The notes: generated from the sequence alone by a model not told the origin. Positions 1 through 10,668 are shown, numbered from the stretch's first letter. The stretch: 64,000 nucleotides of DNA from Auanema rhodensis (GCA_964057225.1 OZ059895.1:17422001-17486000), one strand, 5' to 3'. Made by a program: numbers and translations.

Positions 1-55
1 GCATTGTTGAAAGTGACTAAGAGATTATAATCGAGAAATGAGAATAACTTTTTAA

Positions 56-127
56 GCCTCATTGGCTCAGGGGCAGAGCGTCTGTCTAGTAAACAGTAAG
101 TCGCTGGTTTGATTCCAGCATGAGGCA
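56..127 (+). pseudogene. Variant tRNA-Thr(AGT) with anticodon-stem mismatch and T-loop TTTGA (C56T)
   Basis: ACAGTAAGTC instead of ACAGAAGGTC; GGTTTGATTCC instead of GGTTCGATTCC (B-box damaged). Confidence 0.7.
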
Positions 128-299
128 TCGTTTTAGACTTCTTCAAACTATTTTGAGGATTAATTCGTGCTTCTTGAAGCTTTTACTTCAGGTTACATCT
201 TCTGTTATTCATTCGAATGAAATATTTTACTTCAATACGGAGCAGTATTGTTAAAAGTGACTAAGAGATTATAATAGAGAAATGAGAATAACTTATCAA

Positions 300-371
300 G
301 CCTCATTGGCTCAGGGGCAGAGCGTCTGTCTAGTAAACAGAAGGTCGCTGGTTCGATTCCAGCATGAGGCA
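300..371 (+). tRNA. tRNA-Thr(AGT), representative intact copy (well over 100 intact copies in the window)
   Basis: Full cloverleaf: acceptor GCCTCAT/ATGAGGC + A73; D arm GCTC/GAGC; anticodon arm TCTGT-CT AGT AA-ACAGA; variable loop AGGTC; T arm GCTGG-TTCGATT-CCAGC; no encoded CCA. Confidence 0.96.
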
Positions 372-388
372 TCGTTTTAGACTTTTTC
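372..388 (+). terminator. RNA polymerase III oligo-T terminator (representative; follows every unit)
   Basis: TCGTTTTAGACTTTTT (T4 then T5) directly after the discriminator base; some units have TCTTTTT. Confidence 0.75.
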
Positions 389-543
389 AAACTATTTTGA
401 GGATTAATTCGTGCTTCTTGAAGCTTTTACTTCAGGTTACATCTTCTCTTATTCATTCGAATGAAATATTTTACTTCAATACGGAGCAGTATTGTTAAAA
501 GTGACAAAGTGATTATTATCGACAAATGAAAACAACTTATCAA

Positions 544-596
544 GCCTCATTGGCTCAGGGGCAGAGCGTCTATCTAGTCGATTCCAGCATGAGGCA
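544..596 (+). pseudogene. tRNA-Thr pseudogene with 19-bp internal deletion (representative of the 225-bp unit)
   Basis: ...TCTAGT^CGATTCC...; AAACAGAAGGTCGCTGGTT is missing, removing the 3' anticodon stem, variable loop, 5' T stem and the start of the B box. Confidence 0.93.
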
Positions 597-3500
597 TCGT
601 TTTAGACTTTCTCAAACTATTTTGAGGATTAATTCGTGCTTCTCGAAGCTTTTACTTCAGGTTACATCTTCTCTTATTCATTCAAATGAATTGTTTCAAT
701 TGAATATGTAAACGCATTGTTGAAAGTGACTAAGAGATTATAATCGAGAAATGAGAATAACTTTTTAAGCCTCATTGGCTCAGGGGCAGAGCGTCTGTCT
801 AGTAAACAGAAGGTCGCTGGTTCGATTCCAGCATGAGGCATCGTTTTAGACTTTTTCAAAATATTTTGAAGATTAATTCGTGCTTCTTGAAGCTTTTACT
901 TCAAGTTACATCTTCTCTTATTCATTCGAATGAAATATTTTACTTCAATACGGAGCAGTATTGTTAAAAGTGACAAAGTGATTATTATCGACAAATGAAA
1001 ACAACTTATCAAGCCTCATTGGCTCAGGGGCAGAGCGTCTGTCTAGTAAACAGAAGGTCGCTGGTTCGATTCCAGCATGAGGCATCGTTTTAGACTTTTT
1101 CAAACTATTTTGAGGATTAATTCGTGCTTCTCGAAGCTTTTACTTCAGGTTACATCTTCTCTTATTCATTCAAATGAATTGTTTCAATTGAATATGTAAA
1201 CGCATTGTTGAAAGTGACTAAGAGATTATAATCGAGAAATGAGAATATCTTTTTAAGCCTCATTGGCTCAGGGGCAGAGCGTCTGTCTAGTAAACAGAAG
1301 GTCGCTGGTTCGATTCCAGCATGAGGCATCTTTTTAGACTTTCTCAAACTATTTTTAGGATTCATTCGTGCTTCTCGAAGCTTTTACTTCAGGTTACATC
1401 TTCTCTTATTCATTCGAATGAAATATTTTACTTCAATACGGAGCAGTATTGTTAAAAGTGACAAAGTGATTATTATCGACAAATGAAAACAACTTATCAA
1501 GCCTCATTGGCTCAGGGGCAGAGCGTCTGTCTAGTCGATTCCAGCATGAGGCATTGTTTTAGACTTTCTCAAACTATTTTGAGGATTAAATCGTGCTTCT
1601 CGAAGCTTTTACTTCAGGTTACATCTTCTCTTATTCATTCAAATGAATTGTTTCAATTGAATATGTAAACGCATTGTTGAAAGTGACTAAGAGATTATAA
1701 TCGAGAAATGAAAATAACTTTTTAAGCCTCATTGGCTCAGGGGCAGAGCGTCTGTCTAGTAAACAGAAGGTCGCTGGTTCGATTTCAGCATGAGGCATCT
1801 TTTTAGACTTTCTCAAACTATTTTTAGGATTCATTCGTGCTTCTCGAAGCTTTTACTTCAGGTTACATCTTCTCTTATTCATTCGAATGAAATATTTTAC
1901 TTCAATACGGAGCAGTATTGTTAAAAGTGACAAAGTGATTATTATCGACAAATGAAAACAACTTATCAAGCCTCATTGGCTCAGGGGCAGAGCGTCTGTC
2001 TAGTAAACAGAAGGTCGCTGGTTCGATTCCAGCATGAGGCATCGTTTTAGACTTTTTCAAACTATTTTGAGGATTAATTCGTGCTTCTTGAAGCTTTTAC
2101 TTCAGGTTACATCTTCTCTTATTCATTCGAATGAAATATTTTACTTCAATACGGAGCAGTATTGTTAAAAGTGACAAAGTGATTATTATCGACAAATGAA
2201 AACAACTTATCAAGCCTCATTGGCTCAGGGGCAGAGCGTCTGTCTAGTAAACAGAAGGTCGCTGGTTCGATTCCAGCATGAGGCATCGTTTTAGACTTTT
2301 TCAAACTATTTTGAGGATTAATTCGTGCTTCTTGAAGCTTTTACTTCAGGTTACATCTTCTCTTATTCATTCGAATGAAATATTTTACTTCAATACGAAG
2401 CAGTATTGTTAAAAGTGACAAAGTGATTATTATCGACAAATGAAAACAACTTATCAAGCCTCATTGGCTCAGGGGCTGAGCGTCTGTCTAGTCGATTCCA
2501 GCATGAGGCATCGTTTTAGACTTTCTCAAACTATTTTGAGGATTAATTCGTGCTTCTCGAAGCTTTTACTTCAGGTTACATCTTCTCTTATTCATTCAAA
2601 TGAATTGTTTCAATTGAATATGTAAACGCATTGTTGAAAGTGACTAAGAGATTATAATCGAGAAATGAGAATAACTTTTTAAGCCTCATTGGCTCAGGGG
2701 CAGAGCGTCTGTCTAGTAAACAGAAGGTCGCTGGTTCGATTCCAGCATGAGGCATCGTTTTAGACTTTTTCAAAATATTTTGAAGATTAATTCGTGCTTC
2801 TTGAAGCTTTTACTTCAGGTTACATCTTCTCTTATTCATTCGAATGAAATATTTTACTTCAATACGGAGCAGTATTGTTAAAAGTGACAAAGTGATTATT
2901 ATCGACAAATGAAAACAACTTATCAAGCCTCATTGGCTCAGGGGCAGAGCGTCTGTCTAGTCGATTCCAGCATGAGGCATTGTTTTAGACTTTCTCAAAC
3001 TATTTTGAGGATTAAATCGTGCTTCTCGAAGCTTTTACTTCAGGTTACATCTTCTCTTATTCATTCAAATGAATTGTTTCAATTGAATATGTAAACGCAT
3101 TGTTGAAAGTGACTAAGAGATTATAATCGAGAAATGAAAATAACTTTTTAAGCCTCATTGGCTCAGGGGCAGAGCGTCTGTCTAGTAAACAGAAGGTCGC
3201 TGGTTCGATTCCAGCATGAGGCATTGTTTTAGACTTTCTCAAACTATTTTGAGGATTAAATCGTGCTTCTCGAAGCTTTTACTTCAGGTTACATCTTCTC
3301 TTATTCATTCAAATGAATTGTTTCAATTGAATATGTAAACGCATTGTTGAAAGTGACTAAGAGATTATAATCGAGAAATGAAAATAACTTTTTAAGCCTC
3401 ATTGGCTCAGGGGCAGAGCGTCTGTCTAGTAAACAGAAGGTCGCTGGTTCGATTCCAGCATGAGGCATCTTTTTAGACTTTCTCAAACTATTTTTAGGAT

Positions 3501-3864
3501 TCATTCGTGCTTCTCGAAGCTTTTACTTCAGGTTACATCTTCTCTTATTCATTCGAATGAAATATTTTACTTCAATACGAAGCAGTATTGTTAAAAGTGA
3601 CAAAGTGATTATTATCGACAAATGAAAACAACTTATCAAGCCTCATTGGCTCAGGGGCAGAGCGTCTGTCTAGTCGATTCCAGCATGAGGCATCGTTTTA
3701 GACTTTCTCAAACTATTTTGAGGATTAATTCGTGCTTCTCGAAGCTTTTACTTCAGGTTACATCTTCTCTTATTCATTCAAATGAATTGTTTCAATTGAA
3801 TATGTAAACGCATTGTTGAAAGTGACTAAGAGATTATAATCGAGAAATGAGAATAACTTTTTAA

Positions 3865-3889
3865 GCCTCATTGGCTCAGGGGCAGAGCG
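3865..3889 (+). pseudogene. 5' part of tRNA-Thr interrupted by LTR element 1 (3' part at 11643-11694)
   Basis: GCCTCA...GCAGAGCG then the LTR; the gene resumes at GAGCGTCTGTCTAGT at 11643. Confidence 0.95.
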
Positions 3890-4304
3890 TATCGCGAATG
3901 CGATTATCCATCATTCAATCGATGCAATCTCATCACGTTGGCTGATGAGATTCACGGGCACTCTGTTTTATACCACCGTCGCGGACGGTCGCTTTTCTCT
4001 CTCCTCGTTGCTGTCTTTATCTTATGACTCATCTAGTCTGAACCACCGTTTTATCCTTGTCCTTTAGTAAGACTATCTCTAGTCTCATTAGTGATGTATA
4101 TCTAGTCTTATTACATTCACTCTAGTCTTCTATGTATTTTATCTAGTCTTATTATATATCTTCTAGTCCTTATATTCTGTATTATGTATATCTGAATGGC
4201 ATATGAATGAATCTTTCTTCCTCTAATAGTATTTTACGTTAACAGGGCATAGAATAGAAAGTGTGAACCTGGGAGGCTATTTGAAGAGCCCTCTATCTTC
4301 AAAA
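3890..4304 (+). repeat. 5' LTR of element 1 (415 bp, TATCGCG...CTTCAAAA)
   Basis: Direct repeat of 11228-11642; followed immediately by the PBS. Confidence 0.95.
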
Positions 4305-4316
4305 TGGTGCATCGGC
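4305..4316 (+). promoter_or_regulatory. Primer binding site, probably for tRNA-Gly(GCC)
   Basis: TGGTGCATCGGC directly after the 5' LTR; complementary to ...CGATGCACCA, the 3' end of invertebrate tRNA-Gly(GCC) as I recall it. Confidence 0.8.
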
Positions 4317-4326
4317 ATCACTTTCT

Positions 4327-5330
4327 ACTCTATGACCTTTCTATTGCGCTACTTTATCTTTTTTCTTTTTTTTTCTTCAAGCCAGTCTGCTCGTTAATAG
4401 TGACTCGTTGGATGTCCTTTACAGTATAAGTTCACTGATCTAAATACTCTAAAGGAATCGTATGTCAGTATGACATAATTGGTTGTTAAATATTGTCTAG
4501 ATATCAGTGATAATTAAACATTATTTAAAATTTTGGTTGATACCATATTTTTGTACCACATGATTACAGAAAGTAACATAGTGGGTTGTTCGCTATATAA
4601 ACTCTATTGGATTACCCAATGGCTACTTCCTTTAACTTGCCGGCAGTGACTCAGCTGGGATTGATCACCCCTTATTATGTTTCACAGTATTTTCCTAGGA
4701 AGAATATGCGAGAGTACGAGAAAAATGCAGACAAAGTACCAACAAACACATTTTATGGCGATCTTATTTTTACTGACTGAGGACAGTGAGAAACAATGAT
4801 ATGAATTACGCATTAGCAAAGCTACCGTCTAAAAACGCTATTTATTCATTTATTCTTTGATTTTGAGACCTTTTTATATCTTTTATATTTTACGTAACTT
4901 TCAATAATCATTGCAAACAGTTTTGATAGACTTCGAGTGCAAAAGTTATTTTAACAATTGTGAATCAATTGAATAGGTGACTAAAAGGCATCTTAGACCA
5001 ATGTCTCCTTGCTATATGAGTAATGCTGTCTGTTTCCTCATCTGTAAAGGAGTCAGTATCTTAGAGATCAACGATTATTTGTGAACATGTGTGGAAGGAG
5101 CCTATCAACAAGGAACGTCTGTTGACCTACTTGTTGATGTTTGTTTGGTACCCTTGCACTCTCGGTAGGTGTTGTTTATATAAAAATGCGAAAGAGTTCC
5201 GAGTTTTTACTATTTACGGCTTGTTTTATAGTTTTTAAATTTCTTTATTCATCCATTGTCTGTAAATCTATTGTTTCCAACCATATGAGTCATATGTAAC
5301 GACCAACGGGTCAATGAGAAAGGTCAGAGT
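4327..5330 (+). other. Predicted large nested fold-back RNA structure in the element leader
   Basis: About ten complementary segment pairs in nested order, found by eye (see findings). Confidence 0.55.
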
Positions 5331-6994
5331 CCAAATCATGAAATTCATAAAATTTATATATTTTATCTTATATAAGATCATCACCCACGTTCTATAGGAC
5401 AAAATACATTAACTATATTGTTAAAATCCTACGCAGATGAAAATTTCTGTGAAAAATCACAAAACATCATAATATCCCATCCTACATAGATGAGATAATG
5501 ATAAGACACGAAAGAGCTACGAATTATCATCCTACGCATGTTAAAGCATAAAATATAAATCTCAGCAAAGGTTAAGAGATATTTCCAACATTTTGCACCA
5601 AAAAGTCGATTTTAGCAAATATGTTGACAAGATACGCGAAAAAAGACAAAAGATGTTGCCATCTGTTCATTGACCTGGTGCGGCGCCATTAGCACCACGC
5701 AAACATCTCTCACACATTATCTAGGTCATCATCGAATGACATGGAATATCAAAACATTTTAAAATGTTATGAGAAGTTAACCCACTCGTTTTGTTTCAAA
5801 CGCATTAAATAATCTCATTTAATAATCTTACATATACTTTTTGCAGATTAGCTCCTCCCTCTTAACATCCCACACGGCCTAGCTGCCAGACAGGTCATTC
5901 ATTCCGCCGCTACAACCAGCCACAGCACCCGACGCCATCTGCTAACCTATTCACCAGACAAGGACAATCGACATCAAGGATCCTCAAGGAGAATCAAGTT
6001 AGTTTTCATTTGTTCGCATTAACACTTTAACCGCTTATTGAATTTGAATTGATACTCTCTGGTATCAATTATACATTTACATTAAGTTGGTAAGTTATTT
6101 TATAATTTCAATTTGTTTTATTTTAATTTTATTATTTCACATTTTATATTGTTTATATTTCATTCACATCTGTTATCTTATACAATTTCCTTTGTTCATC
6201 TGTCCAGAAATAAATCTTTTGTCTCAAATCACTCATCCTTTTCATACACATACTTTCTGATCAATCAAACAATAATATTTTGAATATTTTTTGGATATCC
6301 TTATTATATTTCAACCAATTAATATTAATATTGATATTATATTTTTTGATAAAAAACAACAGCATATTTAGTATCAAATTACTCAGAAAACTTTACTGAA
6401 TTCATCCAAGCTAGTTTGCTCACATTTTTTGATCGATTTTGGGAAACTCAATTTTTTCTCTCTATTTCCTACAGTAATCTCTCAACTTGAATTGTTCTCT
6501 CATCTAGTGAATCATCCAATTTTTCTTTTTTAACCAGAGAAAGATACTTATTGAATTATCTTTGCCTGAACAATCTCCATTTTAAAAAAAAAAAAAAAAA
6601 AAATTAAAAATATACTAACTTAGCTAACAAAAAAAAAAAAAAATATATTCAAAAGATAAAACATACATTTTTTTACAAAAGATTCCACACAAGTAATTTA
6701 ACGAAACAGTAACAACTACACGAAAAAACTAACAGTATAACTCTCCAAAGAAAAAACTGTTAACAAATATTCAACTAAATATTCATTGTACCTTCTAATA
6801 GTGAACTATTTGCTTATCTTATTTGCTTATATTACTTGTTTATTTATATTCCTATTTATATTATATATTGTTATTCCTTCTATCGACAGCTATTATATTC
6901 GGACTTTAATTCAATTGATTTTAATAATCAATCCACAAATTAGCTAGATTAAACACAAAATTAACTTGAACAATAATATTTCTCTTCAAACAAA

Positions 6995-7039
6995 ATGATT
7001 ATGAGTCCCTCTTCTCCATCGGAAACTCGTAACTCGTAA
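6995..7039 (+). other. Short upstream ORF (MIMSPSSPSETRNS*), probably the original start of the long ORF, separated from it by a 7-bp tandem duplication
   Basis: AACTCGT duplicated at 7024-7037; removing one copy puts ATG 6995/7001 in frame with the long ORF. Confidence 0.65.
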
Positions 7040-7094
7040 CCTGACTGCCTTAGCAAGACAGTTAAGTTGTTTAAAAAGAAATATAACTCACGCG

Positions 7095-10000
7095 TTGAAG
7101 TTGTTCAACACGGTGAAGGAGGACATCCTCCCGTACCATCAAGCATTCATCTTCCCCCCGGTTGATGACATTGACAGATGTCGAGAGTTCATACATACGC
7201 ACAAGCCTAGCTTGATGCGTATATATTATAAAGCCATCCCGGTTGGGGACGTCTTCCGATCACTACGAGATCAGTTAGACGAACATCGAGTGGTGCTCGA
7301 GGAACGCACCCATGTGGACTACCCAGCAACTTGGTTGGAATTATACCAAGGTAGCTATAAAAGGATGTTGGCCAAACACCCTCAAGCCCATAAGACCATG
7401 AAAGCTCATGAAATCGACCAACTTGTCACCAAAGACATTGGCGAAGAACATCCGCCCACAGTTGCAAAACTGATCAAGGGCATTTTGGACTATTGTGATG
7501 AGAGAGATCTCATTGTGAACACAGGCGAAGTTGAGGAATATACTCAACTTATCCAACTTCGCCGAGATGAACTCGATGACTATCAGAGTTCATTTGACTC
7601 TACAGTACATGACTCAACAACATTGCAAAATGACATGAACAGAATGAAATACTCCAGAAAAAATTTAGAGATGAGTTTCTTTTCTGGAATACAAAAACAT
7701 TTAAACAACATTCAGAAAACACTTGACAAAATTTGGCAACGATGGCATAATGAATATGTCGTCGCCCTTCGAGCAACACACATGTTGGATCACAAGCAAG
7801 GACATTTCTCCACAGCTACACCAAAAGTAGGCACAGTAGTGCTAATGTCAGATGACAATACGAAACGAAACCAGTGGAAAATGGGTTTAATAACAAGCAT
7901 ACAGAACACGGAATCTGTGAGAGTTGCAGAAGTCCGTACATCTGATGGACACAAACTAATTAGACCCATCAATCGCCTGATTCCCCTTGAAATTCCTTCC
8001 GACAACGAGCATCATACGGAAAACAGTCATACGCAGTCCCCACACAAATCAGACAAAACTGTCACGTTTAAAGAAACTCCAGAGGTCATTTTACTCGATA
8101 ACGAAGTATCCACCGTTGTGGAAACCAGCACATCGACCGGACCCAATACAACTGAAAACGTGATAGACCCAAACGTTATCACTATCAACGATGATGATGA
8201 CATCGAAGTGATCACCATTGCAGATGATGAAGGTGAAAATGAACCACAACCTCGAAAACGACAACGTCTCCCCAGTTACACACATTTTTTCATAGCCATG
8301 ATACTGGGTATTCTCGTCAATACAATGTCCGCAACCAACATCTGCCAGTTCTCTTGCATCAAAGGAGGAGTAGGCATATCAAACTGCGGTACTGGACATC
8401 CCATCCGAGTTTGTGCCCGAGAAACATGTGTAGAGTACAACCCAAATACTCCCAACTTCACCATAGTATTTCCGGCTCATGTTGTATTGCATGACCACAC
8501 ATTCATCTCACGACATATTATCGATAAAAATGACACATTTGCATTGCATCAACTGGATTGTCCAGCAACTCCGTTTTGCGATATGATTCAATGTCTGTTC
8601 TGTCTTGAACTACTCCACAACCCATCTTGTTTCCCATACGCAGCACTCTCGGCGACCGCACTCATCATATGGCTCATTCTATTTAGCATTCTTTTAAGCA
8701 TCATAGTCATCCGAATTTGTTCTAAAAAATTTGTTCATATTGCACAATACACCCTTTTTTCCGTTTGGCGTATGATCACTCAATGTCTCCCATCTCATAT
8801 AAGATCTCATATCTCTATTCAGGAAGAACGATCGGTACTCGAGTACGTCCCGCTCAGTTCTCACAAGCTACCTCGATGGCAGAAGTCTACACCCTCACAA
8901 CGATCACGACAACGTGACCGATTAGTTCACCGAGTCGGGTATCTTTTGGTTGCAATAATCGTCATTTTTTTGATTGAATCTCTTGTAGTTAATGCATGTA
9001 CTATTGTTCCTCCGAGTATATCACATGTTCCAGGCAACTCCGTCTCGAACTTATCACCTACCCACCAAGTCAACCAAGTCAGCAGCTCCACCACCCTCCA
9101 TACTTACGATAATGAGGTATGTTTCACAACTTCACATTCAAACCGATCATACGCCAATCCCCTCACGAACTCACACCTGCGCATCAAACTTATGTATACA
9201 CGTATACTGTGCACGAAAGTATCCTTATTTTTTACACGTCACACCATCGTAAAAACTGAATCCGCAAAACGGTGTCCCCATATGGGCTCTTGTGTAGGAT
9301 CGTTTTGTGCGAACGTTCGACCCAATACATCAATCTCAGAACTCTCATTAGCCAACCAATATCCAGGTACCAGCTATTGTTCAGAAAGCTGTGGATTTCT
9401 ATCATGCGGTTGTGCGTTGCCAACTTCTGGTTGTCTCTTCTATCGCAACTTTCATGTTCCCAATGACAATATCACCCACGAAGTTTTCTACTGCTCACGA
9501 TGGACACCTAGGGTTTTTCTCCAGATTAGCATCCATACAGCTATTGAGAACAAAACTGAAACGATCTCGCACGTCCCCTTTTTACCACACTCTACAAAAA
9601 TCATTAACGGGTACCATATTACTCTTGGGAGAATAACATATTCTGATAATGAAATCCTCCATAGACGATTCATTACTTCCAACTCGAGAATTGCAGTTTT
9701 ACCTCACTCTGCTACATTTTCATACTCGTGCGGAAAAGTTAAAACCGCTGACCCATTCTCCGAATGTACTGTAACAGACACATGTTCATGCAGACCAGCC
9801 GAAACAGTCGAAAATTGCTATTGTCAGGACAGCAATCCTAACATGCTCTATACTAATAACTACACCCTACCATTATCTCTTCCATCTCTGACCATGATCC
9901 CAAAAAACAATCTCATTTTTGCTCATCCCATAAGCGCTGTTGACATTAAAATGTGGACAAATATCTCAGATGTCACTTATGAATACGACAATAGTCCTAC

Positions 10001-10637
10001 TATTTGCGAACTAAAATCCAAAGACCTAGTTGGATGTTTTGACTGTGTTACTGGAGCAACAACAATCATTACTTGCATCAGTACATCATCCCACATTCGA
10101 ATTTCGTGCGACGATGAAGAATTTCTGCTTACATGCAATTCTCAGGGTTACAACAACTCTATTCCCATACAGAGCAATTTTTCAACACCGTCTATAACGT
10201 GTACTCATCCGTGTACTTCCGCCACATTACATCTCAAAGGCAACTTGTACTACGTGAACGAATACATAGGTTTTGAACAGTCCACTCATCAGATTACAAA
10301 CAGTTCATTCAGTCTCCTGAACGTCGAGTTTACCATACCGAGCTTTTTTGTACCCACTCACTTAATCAGCTCACTTGTTTCGTTTTACTCGGACTACCTT
10401 AAAACGATTGTAATACTATTGAGTGTTTTGATCACAGTACTCGGCTTTGTAACCGCCGTAATTGACCGCGTCTTCCAGTTGTCAAGTACACCCGCTCTCC
10501 TAGCATATTTACCCATACAAATACTTATTATCTGCGCAATTCCTTTTCGCATCATTTTTTTCACAATTCATTTGTTGTTCAAGATTGTAGTTCGAGCCAG
10601 TCATAGCGCAGTGGCTAAGGGTACGCACTCTCAGTGA
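7095..10637 (+). CDS. Internally deleted BEL/Pao polyprotein: gag-like N-terminus, integrase C-terminal (DUF5641-like) domain, phlebovirus-like Gn/Gc envelope
   Basis: LDKIWQRWHNEY...PKVGTVVL...RNQWKMGLI...RPINRLIPLE (~7720-7995); signal-like FFIAMILGILVNTMSA; Cys-rich Gn with TM; second signal ending VVNA|C; Gc motifs RCPHMGSC and CSESCGFLSCGCALPTSGCLFYR; C-terminal TMs. Called start is TTG; frame is open from 7005; first in-frame ATG is 7215. Confidence 0.88.
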   Translation: MKLFNTVKEDILPYHQAFIFPPVDDIDRCREFIHTHKPSLMRIYYKAIPVGDVFRSLRDQLDEHRVVLEERTHVDYPATWLELYQGSYKRMLAKHPQAHKTMKAHEIDQLVTKDIGEEHPPTVAKLIKGILDYCDERDLIVNTGEVEEYTQLIQLRRDELDDYQSSFDSTVHDSTTLQNDMNRMKYSRKNLEMSFFSGIQKHLNNIQKTLDKIWQRWHNEYVVALRATHMLDHKQGHFSTATPKVGTVVLMSDDNTKRNQWKMGLITSIQNTESVRVAEVRTSDGHKLIRPINRLIPLEIPSDNEHHTENSHTQSPHKSDKTVTFKETPEVILLDNEVSTVVETSTSTGPNTTENVIDPNVITINDDDDIEVITIADDEGENEPQPRKRQRLPSYTHFFIAMILGILVNTMSATNICQFSCIKGGVGISNCGTGHPIRVCARETCVEYNPNTPNFTIVFPAHVVLHDHTFISRHIIDKNDTFALHQLDCPATPFCDMIQCLFCLELLHNPSCFPYAALSATALIIWLILFSILLSIIVIRICSKKFVHIAQYTLFSVWRMITQCLPSHIRSHISIQEERSVLEYVPLSSHKLPRWQKSTPSQRSRQRDRLVHRVGYLLVAIIVIFLIESLVVNACTIVPPSISHVPGNSVSNLSPTHQVNQVSSSTTLHTYDNEVCFTTSHSNRSYANPLTNSHLRIKLMYTRILCTKVSLFFTRHTIVKTESAKRCPHMGSCVGSFCANVRPNTSISELSLANQYPGTSYCSESCGFLSCGCALPTSGCLFYRNFHVPNDNITHEVFYCSRWTPRVFLQISIHTAIENKTETISHVPFLPHSTKIINGYHITLGRITYSDNEILHRRFITSNSRIAVLPHSATFSYSCGKVKTADPFSECTVTDTCSCRPAETVENCYCQDSNPNMLYTNNYTLPLSLPSLTMIPKNNLIFAHPISAVDIKMWTNISDVTYEYDNSPTICELKSKDLVGCFDCVTGATTIITCISTSSHIRISCDDEEFLLTCNSQGYNNSIPIQSNFSTPSITCTHPCTSATLHLKGNLYYVNEYIGFEQSTHQITNSSFSLLNVEFTIPSFFVPTHLISSLVSFYSDYLKTIVILLSVLITVLGFVTAVIDRVFQLSSTPALLAYLPIQILIICAIPFRIIFFTIHLLFKIVVRASHSAVAKGTHSQ

Positions 10638-10668
10638 TTGATGACGGGTTCAATACCCAGTGAGTCCT
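10597..10668 (+). ncRNA. Degenerate tRNA-like sequence with Pol III A and B boxes inside the element
   Basis: A box TAGCGCAGTGG 10604-10614; B box GGTTCAATACC 10647-10657 within a GGG/CCC T-stem; partial D and acceptor stems; T4 at 10676-10679. Confidence 0.55.

Larger units (their letters stand above)
1..3889 (+). repeat. tRNA-Thr(AGT) tandem array, segment 1 (~16 units of 244/225 bp; continues beyond window start)
   Basis: tRNA starts at 56, 300, 544, 769 and onward; spacing is 244 bp after intact genes and 225 bp after deleted copies; one HindIII site (AAGCTT) per unit. Confidence 0.97.

Noticed and set aside
5594-5600. TGCACCA complementary to the PBS (Tf1-like self-priming)
   Set aside because: Only 7 nt, downstream of the PBS rather than at the transcript 5' end, and the PBS is adequately explained by host tRNA-Gly.
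6584-6642. Poly(A) runs as the tail of a nested SINE/LINE or retrogene
   Set aside because: No TSD or recognisable body was found; they sit in a generally A-rich leader.
8334-10637. Endogenised phlebovirus (bunyavirus) M segment
   Set aside because: The glycoprotein is fused in frame to a BEL integrase tail inside LTRs, so it is the retroelement env.
10597-10668. Internal tRNA-like sequence as a functional Sec/opal suppressor tRNA (TCA) or a self-encoded RT primer
   Set aside because: The anticodon and acceptor stems do not pair properly, there is no long variable arm, and its 3' end is not complementary to the PBS.
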